This document shows, in pieces, positions 1 to 9,805 of a DNA stretch of 56,820 nucleotides. Made by a program: the position numbers and the translations under genes. Below the pieces are notes generated by a model that worked only from the letters and a program-made list of their open reading frames with translations, made no database searches and was not told the DNA's origin. This stretch comes from Anaerolineae bacterium (GTDB taxonomy: Bacteria > Chloroflexota > Anaerolineae > B4-G1): contig JAOAAG010000416.1 of the NCBI GenBank assembly GCA_026418995.1, forward strand, positions 1 to 56,820, written 5' to 3'. How positions within the stretch are numbered: the stretch's first letter is position 1; every line of letters begins with the position of its first letter.

Positions 1-1082
1 GCCCCAGGCGCTGCCGCAGGTACGCCTCGATAAACCCATCCAGTTGTCCGTCGAGCACGGCCTGGACATTGCCGGTCTCATAATGGGTGCGGTGGTCTTT
101 AACCAGTTGGTACGGATGGAGCACGTAGGAACGGATTTGATTGCCCCATCCGGCTTCCACATGTTCCCCCTTCAGCTTAGCCAGCTCGGCCTGGCGTTTC
201 TCCTCTTCCAGTTGGAGCAATCTGGCACGCAGGACCCGCAGAGCAGTCTCCCGGTTCTGAGTCTGGGAGCGCTCGTTCTGGCAGGAGACAACGATGCCGG
301 TTGGAATGTGAGTGATGCGGACGGCAGTCTCGTTTTTCTGAACGTGCTGTCCTCCGGCCGACGAGGCACGGAAGGTTTCGATTTCAATATCGTTGGGATT
401 GATGGTGATTGCAATGTCCTCATCCAGGTCGGGCCATACCTCAGCGAGGGCAAACGAGGTGTGGCGACGGTGGGCCGCATCGAAGGGCGAGAGCCGCACC
501 AGCCGATGCACACCACGCTCCGCGCTCAGGTAGCCGTAGGCATAGGGCCCGGAGACGGCGATCGTGATGCGCTTAAGACCGGCCTCCTCGCCGGGGAGCT
601 GGTCCACGATCTCGGTTTTGAAACCCCGGTTTTCCGCCCAGCGCAGGTACATGCGGGCCAGCATCTCGGTCCAATCCTGGGCATCGGTACCACCCGCGCC
701 GGCATGGATAGCCAGGATCGCGTCCGCACGGTCGTAGGGACCGGAGAGAAGCAGCCGGAATTCGGCCTGCTCCACATCCTGTTCCAGGGCAGCCGCTTCA
801 GCGACCAGTCCGTCATACAGGCTGTCGTCGCCCAGGGCAGCCAGTTCCAGGGCATCCCGCACGCGCCCCTCCAGCGCCGCCCAGTACTCCACCTCTTCAC
901 GCAGCTCCGCCAAGTGACGGACCGTTGCCTGTGCCGTCTCCGTATCGTCCCAGAAATCGGGCGCAGCGATACGCTCCTCAAGTTGAGCTATCTCTGCCTC
1001 TTTAGCGTTAAGGTCAAAGATGCCTCCTGATGAGTTCCAGTTTCGCTTGAAGGTTGGTCAAACGAGCGTGAAGTTCCTCCAC
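1..1082 (-). CDS. prfB: peptide chain release factor 2; the 3' end runs off the window and two frames are joined by a programmed +1 frameshift
   Basis: My own minus-strand translation; the gene is absent from the ORF track. GTG at 1082 gives [22 protein letters not shown], then an in-frame TGA at 1016-1014. The +1 frame continues [24 protein letters not shown], then [10 protein letters not shown] (SPF motif), then [37 protein letters not shown] (GGQ motif), then [22 protein letters not shown], and runs to the window edge. Confidence 0.93.
1013..1028 (-). promoter_or_regulatory. prfB +1 frameshift site: internal SD AGGAGG, 3-nt spacer, then CTT TGA C
   Basis: The reverse complement of 1013-1028 reads AGGAGGCATCTTTGAC. 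This has the same architecture as the classical RF2 recoding signal. Confidence 0.9.
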
Positions 1083-1099
1083 TATACCTCCGAATCGTT

Positions 1100-2047
1100 T
1101 CAGGTCTCATCGAATAAGCCAGCGATGAAGGCATCGGGGTCAAAGGGCGCTAAATCTCCTATCTTCTCCCCGGTGCCGACAAAGCGTACCGGCAGGCCCA
1201 ATTCGCGGGAGATGGCGAACACCATCCCCCCCTTAGCGGTGCTGTCCAGCTTGGCCAGGATCACACCAGTCACCTCCACGGCCTCCAGGAAGTGCCGGGC
1301 CTGCGAGAGCGCATTCTGGCCAGTGGTCGCGTCCAGGACCAGCAATGTCTCGTGAGGAGCTCCGGCGACGTTTTGTGCTGCCACGCGACGCACTTTGCGC
1401 AGCTCTGCCATCAGGTTGTACTGGGTGTGCAACCGGCCAGCGGTGTCGGCGATGACCATGTCCATACCCCGCGCCCGCGCGGCCTGGAGTGAATCGAAGA
1501 TCACGGCGCCGGGGTCGCCTCCGGGAGCACCCGTGATGACATTCACCCCGGCACGCTCCGCCCAGATGGAGAGCTGATCGGTCGCCGCGGCCCGGAAGGT
1601 GTCCGCGGCGGCCAGGAGTACCCGCCTGCCCTGCTGCCGGTAGAAGTAGGCAAGCTTAGCAATGCTCGTCGTCTTGCCGGAGCCGTTCACACCGACGACC
1701 AGAATCACATCCAGCGGGCGATTTCCCAGATTCAGCGGCGACGGGCTGGGCAGCAGAGCACGCAACTCCTCGCGCAAGGCGGCCTGGAGCGCATCGGCCC
1801 GAATGATAGCCTCCGCGCTGGCCCGTCGGCGCAGCCGCTCGACCAGGTGCAGCGTCGTTTCCACCCCTACGTCGGCCTGGATGAGCAGCTCCTCCAACTC
1901 CTCCCAGGTGGCGGCAGTCACTTCGCTGGCCCCAAGTAACCCCGCGATGCGGCTGAAGATCGCGTTACGTGTACGGGTCAGGCCTTCTTTGATAGACTGA
2001 GCGATTCCCACAACCATAGCACTTACGGTAAGCGGTGCCAGAAGCAA
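1100..2047 (-). CDS. ftsY: signal recognition particle receptor FtsY
   Basis: SRP GTPase motifs are present: [36 protein letters not shown]. The start may instead be the ATG at 2017. Confidence 0.92.
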   Translation of the reverse strand: MLLAPLTVSAMVVGIAQSIKEGLTRTRNAIFSRIAGLLGASEVTAATWEELEELLIQADVGVETTLHLVERLRRRASAEAIIRADALQAALREELRALLPSPSPLNLGNRPLDVILVVGVNGSGKTTSIAKLAYFYRQQGRRVLLAAADTFRAAATDQLSIWAERAGVNVITGAPGGDPGAVIFDSLQAARARGMDMVIADTAGRLHTQYNLMAELRKVRRVAAQNVAGAPHETLLVLDATTGQNALSQARHFLEAVEVTGVILAKLDSTAKGGMVFAISRELGLPVRFVGTGEKIGDLAPFDPDAFIAGLFDET

Positions 2048-2274
2048 AACAGCCCTGCATCCTGCGTCTCTCTTACCTGAGCGGATTATACACCGAAGTG
2101 CAGGATAGGGAAAGCTGTCGCATGGAGCACGCTATTTGCGTTCCCCGCTCCTCCTGTGTTATACTATGGACCAACCAGATGCGCCATCCTTAAGCCATCG
2201 GTACAGACAGCAGCCTGTGGTACAGGAGGTCTGGAGGGGCGTCTGATGTGTCGGGGAGCTGTGGGAGGATAGAG

Positions 2275-3120
2275 ATGGAGATCGAACATATAGCCGTCGT
2301 CGGCGCCGGCACGATGGGCAGCGGCATAGCCCAGGTCTGTGCCACAAGCGGTTACCAGGTCACGCTGATTGATATCCTGCCTGCTCAACTGGAGCGGGCG
2401 CTGGCCGCCATCGCTCAATCTGTCGAAAAGCTGCACAGCAAAGGCCGTCTGAGCGATGAACAGCGCCAGGCAGCGGAGCGCAACATCGCTACCGCAAGCA
2501 ACTTATCTCCCGCAGCCGAGGCCGACCTGGTCATCGAGGCTGTAGTGGAAGATCTGGAGGTCAAGCGACGGACCTTCACTGAGCTGGACGAGCTCACCCG
2601 GCCCGAGGTGATTCTGGCAAGTAACACCTCCTCGCTTTCAATCACTGCGCTGGGCGCGGCCACGAAACGCCCCGATAAGGTCATCGGCATGCATTTTATG
2701 AATCCCGTGCCATTGATGCAGTTGGTGGAGATTGTCCGGGGCATGGCCACCTCGGATGAGACAACCGCAACTGCGCTTGAGCTGACCAAAAGCCTGGGCA
2801 AGACGCCTGTGGAAGCGCGGGACTATCCAGGGTTCATCTCCAATCGCATCCTCTGCCCGATGATTAACGAGGCTATCTACGCACTGATGGAAGGGGTGGG
2901 CACACCAGAAGCCATTGATACGGTGATGAAGTTGGGGATGAACCACCCGATGGGACCGCTGGAGCTGGCAGACCTGATTGGCCTCGACGTGGTGCTGAGC
3001 ATTATGAACGTGCTTCACGAGGGGCTTGGTGATAAGTACCGTCCCTGTCCGCTGCTGCAGCGCATGGTCGCCGCTGGCCATCTGGGACGTAAGACCGGAC
3101 GTGGGTTTTACTCATATTAG
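2275..3120 (+). CDS. hbd: 3-hydroxybutyryl-CoA dehydrogenase
   Basis: Motifs are [16 protein letters not shown] (NAD fold), [32 protein letters not shown] and [11 protein letters not shown]. The protein is colinear with clostridial Hbd. The start was trimmed to ATG 2275, behind a GGGAGGA RBS. Confidence 0.9.
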   Translation: MEIEHIAVVGAGTMGSGIAQVCATSGYQVTLIDILPAQLERALAAIAQSVEKLHSKGRLSDEQRQAAERNIATASNLSPAAEADLVIEAVVEDLEVKRRTFTELDELTRPEVILASNTSSLSITALGAATKRPDKVIGMHFMNPVPLMQLVEIVRGMATSDETTATALELTKSLGKTPVEARDYPGFISNRILCPMINEAIYALMEGVGTPEAIDTVMKLGMNHPMGPLELADLIGLDVVLSIMNVLHEGLGDKYRPCPLLQRMVAAGHLGRKTGRGFYSY

Positions 3121-3166
3121 ACTCTGACCTTGAAGAGTCAGGAATAGAAAGGAATGTTGATGCTGA

Positions 3167-4027
3167 ATGAGTGAGCAAGCACAGGTATGTATAGTTACCG
3201 ACAGCGGCTGTGATCTGCCCCAGGAAACGGTGAAAGAGCTGGGGATCACCATTGTTCCCCTGATTGTGCGGATAGGGACGGAGGTGTACGAAGACGGGGA
3301 GCTATCCATAGATGAGTTCTGGCAGAAGGCGGCTGGCCCGTATCCCCCTCAGACCTCCCAACCCTCCCCTGGGGCCTTTGAGGAAGCCTTCGCGCGGCTG
3401 GTCGCGCGAGGTAAGCAGGTGTTGTGTCTGAGCATCACGAGCAAGCACAGCGGCACGTTCAACTCAGCGCGCCTGGCTGCCCAACGCTTCGGCGACGCGG
3501 TACATGTCTTCGACTCGCTATCTATCTCGCTGGGGCTGGGAGTACAGGCTATGGTTGCAGCTCAGGCTGCCCGCGCCGGCCAGTCTGTACAGGAGATCGT
3601 GAGCCGATTGGAGAACCTGCGTGCCAGGGTGCACCTGACCATCCTGCTGGATACGCTGGAGAACCTGCGCCGGGGAGGACGGGCCGATACCTTCATCGCC
3701 GCTGTTGACCATATGACGCGGGTGCTGAACATCAAGCCCCTCATCAACATGGTGGATGGCCAACTGCGCCTGGCCGGTGCAGTGCGCTCGTTTCAGGGCG
3801 GGCTCAAGCGCATTCTGGAGCAAGTCAGGCAGATTGATCCCCTGGAACATATAGCGGTCGTCCATACGCGCAGGGAGGAGACAGCGGTTGAAATGGCCGA
3901 CAAGCTGGCAGCACAGATCGGTTTCCCCAGGGAGCGCGTGTGGGTACGGGAGACCGGCGCAGCGCTGGCCTCTCACGGCGGCAGGGGAGTGCTTGGGGTG
4001 CTGGCCGTGAGTGCGTTGCGAACATAG
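3167..4027 (+). CDS. DegV family fatty-acid-binding protein
   Basis: The N-terminus IVTDSGCDLPQE and the 286-aa length are typical of DegV. Confidence 0.8.
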   Translation: MSEQAQVCIVTDSGCDLPQETVKELGITIVPLIVRIGTEVYEDGELSIDEFWQKAAGPYPPQTSQPSPGAFEEAFARLVARGKQVLCLSITSKHSGTFNSARLAAQRFGDAVHVFDSLSISLGLGVQAMVAAQAARAGQSVQEIVSRLENLRARVHLTILLDTLENLRRGGRADTFIAAVDHMTRVLNIKPLINMVDGQLRLAGAVRSFQGGLKRILEQVRQIDPLEHIAVVHTRREETAVEMADKLAAQIGFPRERVWVRETGAALASHGGRGVLGVLAVSALRT

Positions 4028-4292
4028 CCGGAATGCCCAGGGGCGTTTGGCTTCGTCAGGGTGAGAGCCTGGGCAAGAGGTAGCCCTCGAGGCGGACGAC
4101 GGTGGCCTGAGGCCTCCTCTACCTGATGGCGCGCTGTTCCGTACCAGACTCCGCCCTGGCCTGCGCAGCACCAGTTTCTGACTTTAGGCTACCCCGCTCA
4201 ACCGTGGTAACCTCAGGCGGACGATTCCGGTGACGCCGTGATAAGGCTCTCTGTCACCATTGTCCAGGTAAGCCACTTCGCGCCACAAAGAT

Positions 4293-4316
4293 GGTTCAGG
4301 TGGTACCACCTGAACC
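4293..4316. repeat. perfect 24-nt palindrome GGTTCAGGTGGTACCACCTGAACC
   Basis: Read directly from the sequence. It lies about 40 nt upstream of the ATG at 4354. Confidence 0.9.
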
Positions 4317-4353
4317 ACTGAGAGCCTGTCCCAGTCCTTTGAAAGCTTACCTG

Positions 4354-4824
4354 ATGGAGAACATGATGTCGAAAACCCCCTTCTCTACATGCCTGTTTGT
4401 CATTGCGGCAAGTATACTGATGATGAGATGCACATTCACAGGCCGTTCGCTCCCGCCTGAGGTCGCCACGAGCGAGCGACCCGCCATCTCGCCGTCCGGT
4501 GAGTACGTGCTGGTCATTGTCTCTGGATACGATGGCGTGGCACGCTTCCAGAGTTTCCAGATCGTGCGCCGCCACGCCGCCGCAACGGGGGAACGCAGTG
4601 CGCTGCTGGGCGAGACGGTCTACGCCGCGCTGGAGCGCTTTGCCTCGCGCCATACGACGTACTTTCTGTGGGGACCGGGTGACCGCGTGTGGGTCTATTC
4701 CGGCGACGTGGGTACGTTCTTCTGGGAACGCAACGCTGAGACCGGTCTCTGGGAGAAGCACGGCTGGGCGGCAGAGCACGCGCCGCTGCCGGAGTTTCTT
4801 CAGCAACGGCTCGGCGAAGGGTGA
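4354..4824 (+). CDS. hypothetical secreted or membrane-anchored protein
   Basis: The N-terminus is hydrophobic (MENMMSKTPFSTCLFVIAASILMM). I recognise no family. The long ORF on the opposite strand looks like antisense noise. Confidence 0.55.
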   Translation: MENMMSKTPFSTCLFVIAASILMMRCTFTGRSLPPEVATSERPAISPSGEYVLVIVSGYDGVARFQSFQIVRRHAAATGERSALLGETVYAALERFASRHTTYFLWGPGDRVWVYSGDVGTFFWERNAETGLWEKHGWAAEHAPLPEFLQQRLGEG

Positions 4825-4923
4825 GCGACGGGGCGGGGTATCGGCGCGAGCGTCGGAACATAGCCCCGGCGCGTATGTACAGGCAGCCCTGCAGACTGCT
4901 CGCAGGCTGGGTCGGTTTCCCCC

Positions 4924-5604
4924 ATGCAGCCGGACTTTCCACCGGGATGTGAGCGCCGACAGGCTAAACTGCAGCACCTCTCGCCGGTCTCCGGCCTGAT
5001 CCTGGCCGGTGGCGCCAGCCGCCGCATGGGGAGGGACAAGGCCTTCCTGGAACTGGGGGGGCGCGCGCTGATCGAGCTGGTCATCGTACAGATGGCGACA
5101 GTCTGCGCCGAAGTGTTGATCGTGGCAGGCGATGTCAGGCCGTACCTGGGGTTGGGCCTCCCGACCGTGCAGGACCGCTTCCAGGGGGCGGGCGTCCTGG
5201 GGGGACTGCACGCCGGGCTAGAGGCCGCTTCATATGAACTGACCATCGCTGTGGGCTGCGATATGCCTTTTCTCAACCCCGCGCTGCTGGAGGCCCTCAT
5301 CAGGTGGAGCGAGGGGTTCGATGTGGTCCTGCTGCGTCGGGGCACGGAGGTGGAGCCCCTGCATGCAACCTATCGGCGCACCTGCCTGCAGCCGATAGAG
5401 GAGGCCATTCAGGCCGGGGAGCGGCGTATCATCTCTTTCTTCGACCGGGTACGGGTGCGCTACCTGACGCCGGAGGAGGTGAGGCCTCTCGACCCAGAGC
5501 TACGTTCCTTCTTTAACGTGAATACGCCTGAGGAATGGCAGATTGCACAACGCTGGTATAGCACTACAGACGCTCCGCCACCGCCCGCGCCATGTCCAGC
5601 GTAG
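4924..5604 (+). CDS. mobA: molybdenum cofactor guanylyltransferase (MobA-like)
   Basis: SGLILAGGASRRMGRDKAFLELGG is a nucleotidyltransferase N-terminus, and the size is about 200 aa. Confidence 0.75.
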   Translation: MQPDFPPGCERRQAKLQHLSPVSGLILAGGASRRMGRDKAFLELGGRALIELVIVQMATVCAEVLIVAGDVRPYLGLGLPTVQDRFQGAGVLGGLHAGLEAASYELTIAVGCDMPFLNPALLEALIRWSEGFDVVLLRRGTEVEPLHATYRRTCLQPIEEAIQAGERRIISFFDRVRVRYLTPEEVRPLDPELRSFFNVNTPEEWQIAQRWYSTTDAPPPPAPCPA

Positions 5605-6682
5605 TGCTGGTGCCGCCCATGTCGTAGGTACGCACCCTGCCCTCGGCGATTACCTGGGCAATCGCTCTCTCAAGCGCCTCGCCTCTCTCCTTCTCGCCCA
5701 GCCAATCCAGCATCATGCGCACGGCCAGAAGCATGGCGATAGGATTGGCCCTGTACTGGCCGGCATGTCTGGGAGCCGAGCCGTGGGTCGGTTCAAAGAT
5801 GGCGAAATCATCGCCGATGTTCCCGCCCGGTGCAAAGCCCAGCCCGCCCACCAGTTGGGCCGCCAGGTCCGAGATGATATCGCCGAACATATTGCTGGAG
5901 ACCAGCACGCCGTAGCGCTGGGGATTCTTCACCAGCCACATCGCCATAGCGTCCACGTTCACTTCCCACAGCTCAATCTCCGGGTAAAGGGCAGCGATAT
6001 GGCGGGCCTCGCGTACCATCATCCCCGAGGTCTCGCGGATGACGTTAGGTTTTTCCACCAGCGTGACGGTAGGGTAGCCGTGTGTCCTGGCGTACTCAAA
6101 GGCGGCGCGGATGATACGGCGACATCCAGCGGCAGTCAGGATACGGCATGAGAGGGCTATCTCGTCTGACGGGGTGTTTCTGAAGAGCTCCATGCCCGGA
6201 CTGTGCTTTTCCAGAGCGAGGCGCACTTCCTCAGGCAGCGGGTGGAACTCCACCCCGGCGTAGAGGTCCTGGGTGTTCTCGCGGAAAACCACCAGGTTAA
6301 TATCGTCCCGGAAGTTAAGAGGATTGCCTCTGAACGCCTTACATGGGCGCAGGTTGATGTAGAGGTCGAACTGCTGGCGCAGGCGCACGATAGGGCTCTG
6401 GTAAACAAGCCCTTTTCCCCGCAACTCCTGCGCCAGCTCCGCCTCAGCTTCCGCTTTGGGTTTGGAAGTGATGGCTCCGAAGAGGGCACAGGTGCAGCTT
6501 CTGAGCGTCTCCAGCGTGCGCTGTGGCAGGGCGTCGCCTTCTCTGCACCAGAATTCCCAGCCAATGTCAGCGGGCACGTACTCAGCGTCGAGCGCGATGC
6601 GCTCAAGCACAAGCTGAGCGGCTTCCATCACCTCTTTGCCGATCCCATCGCCGGGCAGCAGCGCAATGCGATACCTGGCCAT
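5564..6682 (-). CDS. isocitrate/isopropylmalate dehydrogenase family protein
   Basis: Motifs are RIALLPGDGIGKEV and NMFGDIISDLAAQLVGGLGFAPGGNIG. The substrate cannot be assigned by eye. Confidence 0.85.
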   Translation of the reverse strand: MARYRIALLPGDGIGKEVMEAAQLVLERIALDAEYVPADIGWEFWCREGDALPQRTLETLRSCTCALFGAITSKPKAEAEAELAQELRGKGLVYQSPIVRLRQQFDLYINLRPCKAFRGNPLNFRDDINLVVFRENTQDLYAGVEFHPLPEEVRLALEKHSPGMELFRNTPSDEIALSCRILTAAGCRRIIRAAFEYARTHGYPTVTLVEKPNVIRETSGMMVREARHIAALYPEIELWEVNVDAMAMWLVKNPQRYGVLVSSNMFGDIISDLAAQLVGGLGFAPGGNIGDDFAIFEPTHGSAPRHAGQYRANPIAMLLAVRMMLDWLGEKERGEALERAIAQVIAEGRVRTYDMGGTSTTLDMARAVAERL

Positions 6683-6684
6683 GC

Positions 6685-7263
6685 TCAGCGCTTCAACTCC
6701 ACAATCAGATCCTCCAGCGCGCGCTTGGGCACGTGGTGGACGCCATCCTGGTCGCGGTAATAGCGTATATCGCCGTCCGGCCCCACCTGTTCAATCACGA
6801 CCTGCTCTTTGGGCTTTCCCAGGGCCAGGATGAGCAGTATCTCGAAATGGTCGGGGATATGCAGGGCCTGGCGCAGGCCGTCCCGGTCAATCGAGCCGAT
6901 CATGCAGCCGCCCAGGCCGCGCTCGGTCGCGCCGAGCATAATGGACTGGGCCGCTATGCCGTGGTCGCAACCGAAGGACTTGGTGATGGTCGTGTCGCCC
7001 AGGATGATGATATAGGCGGCCGGTCGCTCGCCCTCTGCCGGACCGGGCCAGTCCTTCAGGTAACCGGCCCAGCGCGTATGGGGAAAGATGAGCGCATTGG
7101 TCTCAGCATCGCAACTGAGGATGTACTTCAGCGGCTGCAGATTAGCCGCGGAGGGCGAGAGGCGTGCCAGGTTCACCAGTTCGCGCAATGTCTCCATCCC
7201 AACCGGCACGTCCTGGTAGAAGCGACGATAGCTACGGTTTTTGCGTATCAGCTCTTCTATCAT
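6685..7263 (-). CDS. nitroreductase family protein
   Basis: Motifs are RSYRRFYQDVPV and LSPSAANLQPLKYI. The start was trimmed to ATG 7263, behind a GAGGAG RBS. Confidence 0.8.
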   Translation of the reverse strand: MIEELIRKNRSYRRFYQDVPVGMETLRELVNLARLSPSAANLQPLKYILSCDAETNALIFPHTRWAGYLKDWPGPAEGERPAAYIIILGDTTITKSFGCDHGIAAQSIMLGATERGLGGCMIGSIDRDGLRQALHIPDHFEILLILALGKPKEQVVIEQVGPDGDIRYYRDQDGVHHVPKRALEDLIVELKR

Positions 7264-7313
7264 AGTTGCTCCTCTCAATCTGCTTGTTTCCCGGTCCCTT
7301 TGTTTCCTTACCA

Positions 7314-8123
7314 CTATTGCCACCTTTTGACTGCGGGGCGCTGGGCAGCAGGGTTGGAGTAGCGGAAGCGCTCGGCAAACCTGAGGCCAGCCGCGGCCCC
7401 ATCGGCGCGGGCGCGCTGCCGCACCACCCAGGCCATTCCCCTGGCCCAGTCCTCGTCCCGTCTGCTTCCACCGCCCGCGGCGAGCATGCCCTCAATCCCC
7501 TCGCCGGTCAGCTCGGCCTGGCGTATCCAGTCCTCGAAGAGGAAGGCCAGTTGACTCTTGTGCTCCAGCAGAGCAGCGATTTTGACCTCCAGCGTCTCCT
7601 CAATGTCCACTGCCTTGTTCGCATAGGAGGTGTCCTTGGAGAAAAAGTACCTTTCGATGACATAATGGGGAGAGAGGCCCTCCTCGAGCTGCTCGGGATG
7701 GTGCAGCGGATAGGGGGCGAAATTGGCCGCCTCCAGTGCAGCAAAGGCAACAGCGCGGTGGTCCGGGTGGTCCTCAAAGGGGGCGAAGGGATCGAAGGTA
7801 AACAGGATGTCAGGCTTCCGCTCACGTATCGCGCGCATGAGCTGCGCACGCAGGTGGCCTGGCGGCAGCCGGTCGAGCTCTCCATCCGGGTGGTCCAGGA
7901 AAGAGACTTCCCGCACTCCCAGGACGGCAGCGGCCCGCAGTGCCTCGATACGGCGCACCTCTTTCAGACGTCGCGCGTCAATCTCGAAGGAGCCTTTCTC
8001 GCCACCGGTCGCGATAAGGATGGTGATCTCGGCACCGTCCCTGGCCATCCGGGCCAGCGTGCCGCCGGCAAAGAACTCGGCATCGTCTGGATGTGGAGCG
8101 ATGACAAGCACTTTACGGGTCAC
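7314..8123 (-). CDS. PIG-L/LmbE family deacetylase
   Basis: Motifs are VLVIAPHPDDAEFFAGG and HPDH. The start was trimmed to GTG 8123, which overlaps the upstream TGA as GTGA. The longer ORF would overlap hdrA. Confidence 0.8.
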   Translation of the reverse strand: MTRKVLVIAPHPDDAEFFAGGTLARMARDGAEITILIATGGEKGSFEIDARRLKEVRRIEALRAAAVLGVREVSFLDHPDGELDRLPPGHLRAQLMRAIRERKPDILFTFDPFAPFEDHPDHRAVAFAALEAANFAPYPLHHPEQLEEGLSPHYVIERYFFSKDTSYANKAVDIEETLEVKIAALLEHKSQLAFLFEDWIRQAELTGEGIEGMLAAGGGSRRDEDWARGMAWVVRQRARADGAAAGLRFAERFRYSNPAAQRPAVKRWQ

Positions 8124-9805
8124 AGCATTGCCTCCACCATCGCCAGCACCTGCTCCGGCGACAGATTTTTTACAGTGGTCGCTTTGTTGGGACAGGCCAC
8201 GGCACAGGCCCCACAGCTCTGGCATAGCGCTGCGTTGACCGTCGCCAGCGCCTTCCACGGGTGCATAGCACGCGCGTCGTAGGGGCAGACCTCTATGCAG
8301 CGCCCGCAGGCGGCGCACAGCTCCTCGTCCACTGTGGCAACGGTCGGTTCGGCCACGATCTCCTTGCGGGCAAAGAGCTGGAGCACTTTGGCCGCCGCCC
8401 CTGCGGCCTGAGCCACGCTCTCGGCGATGTCCCTGGGAAACTGGGCGGCGCCGGCCAGGTAAACGCCCGCAGTGAAGCTCTCCACAGGGCGCAGTTTGGG
8501 ATGGGCCTCGGCGAAAAATCCACTCTCGTCGGTAGCCACGCGCATCAGGCGGGCCAAGGCCTCGCTTCCGGCAGCCGGCACTGCTGCCAGTGCCAGGACC
8601 ACCAGGTCAGCTTTGAGGCGTACTGCCTGGCCGCTTAGCGTGTCCACACCCCATACCTCCAGCGCACCATTCCTCTCGACGAGCCTGGAGACCTTCCCGC
8701 GCAGATAGACGACTCCATACTCCTCCATCACCTGCCGAACGAACTCCTCATACCCCCGTCCCTGGGCGCGGACATCAATGTAGAAAACATAGGCCTGCCC
8801 CTCCGGAACCAACCTGCGATAGAGAGCGGCCTGTTTGGCCACGTACATACAGCAGATTTTGGAGCAATAGGCACGATGAAGCGTAGGGTCACGGGAGCCA
8901 GCGCATTGTACCCACACCACCTCGCGCACCGGTCGGCCGTCGGACGGGCGGCGTATCTCGCCGGCCTTCAACATGGCCTCGAACTGCAAGCCATCAACCA
9001 CATCAGGATAGCGTCCGCCGCCATACTCTGGAAGGTGTTGCTGCGCATATAACTCGAAGCCGGTAGCCAGGATCACCGCCCCGACGTCCACCGGAGAAGG
9101 CAGACCGCTGATCGTAACGGTGAAATGGCCTACCTGTCCCTCCCATCCCACGACTTCGGCACCGGTCAGCACTTGAATCAGAGGATGAGAGGTGACAGCC
9201 TCGACAAGCGGCGCCAGGTGGGCCTCGCTACCCTCAAGGGTCGGGTAGAGGTGGGAGAGCTGAGCGACATGTCCCCCCAGACGCTCCGCACGCTCGACCA
9301 GGAGCACCGGGTACCCGCCCCTGGCGATTTCCAGCGCGGCGGTCAGCCCGGCCACGCCGCCGCCTATGACCAGCGCGCGCCGGGTGACGGGAAAGGTCAG
9401 CGGCTCAAGCGCCTCGTCGTAGCGCACCTTCTCCACGAGCGAGGCGATCGTCTCGATCGCTTTCTCGGTGGCCCGCTGCGGCTCCCCCTGATGCGGCCAG
9501 GAGACCTGCTCGCGGATGTTGGCGATCTCCACGCGGTAGGGATTCAGACCAGCGGCTGCAGCCGCCTGGCGGAACGTGGACTCGTGCATCGCCGGCGAGC
9601 AGGCGGCGACAACCACTCCATCGAGTTCGTGCTCGGCGATGGCTCGCTGGATCAAGGCCTGGCCGGGGTCGGAGCACATATACCTGTAGTCGGTGGCGAA
9701 CACCACACCTGGATAGCCACGTATGGCCTCGACCACCCGTCCCACGTCCACCGTGCCAGCGATATTCAACCCACAGTGGCATATGAACACCCCGATGCGA
9801 GCCAT
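8120..9805 (-). CDS. hdrA: HdrA-like FAD/FeS oxidoreductase, paralog 2 (N-terminal Cys domain, FAD fold, C-terminal 2x[4Fe-4S] ferredoxin)
   Basis: Motifs are IGVFICHCGLNIAG, VIGGGVAGLTAALEIA, VQCAGSRDPTLHRAYCSKICCMY, CAACGRCIEVCP and CQSCGACAVACP. Confidence 0.85.
   Translation of the reverse strand: MARIGVFICHCGLNIAGTVDVGRVVEAIRGYPGVVFATDYRYMCSDPGQALIQRAIAEHELDGVVVAACSPAMHESTFRQAAAAAGLNPYRVEIANIREQVSWPHQGEPQRATEKAIETIASLVEKVRYDEALEPLTFPVTRRALVIGGGVAGLTAALEIARGGYPVLLVERAERLGGHVAQLSHLYPTLEGSEAHLAPLVEAVTSHPLIQVLTGAEVVGWEGQVGHFTVTISGLPSPVDVGAVILATGFELYAQQHLPEYGGGRYPDVVDGLQFEAMLKAGEIRRPSDGRPVREVVWVQCAGSRDPTLHRAYCSKICCMYVAKQAALYRRLVPEGQAYVFYIDVRAQGRGYEEFVRQVMEEYGVVYLRGKVSRLVERNGALEVWGVDTLSGQAVRLKADLVVLALAAVPAAGSEALARLMRVATDESGFFAEAHPKLRPVESFTAGVYLAGAAQFPRDIAESVAQAAGAAAKVLQLFARKEIVAEPTVATVDEELCAACGRCIEVCPYDARAMHPWKALATVNAALCQSCGACAVACPNKATTVKNLSPEQVLAMVEAML

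Noticed and set aside
44-1030. 328-aa plus-strand ORF, the longest in the track for this region
   Set aside because: It is antisense to an unambiguous RF2 reading frame with SPF and GGQ motifs. The TTG start and Gly/Arg-rich composition are typical of high-GC antisense ORFs.
4213-5211. 332-aa minus-strand ORF
   Set aside because: It is antisense to mobA and to the 4354-4824 gene. It is Arg/Ala/Pro-rich with no recognisable motifs.
8124-8318. N-terminal extension of the PIG-L ORF (track start 8318)
   Set aside because: It would overlap the hdrA2 3' end by about 200 nt. GTG 8123 gives a GTGA stop-start overlap, and the conserved domain begins right there.
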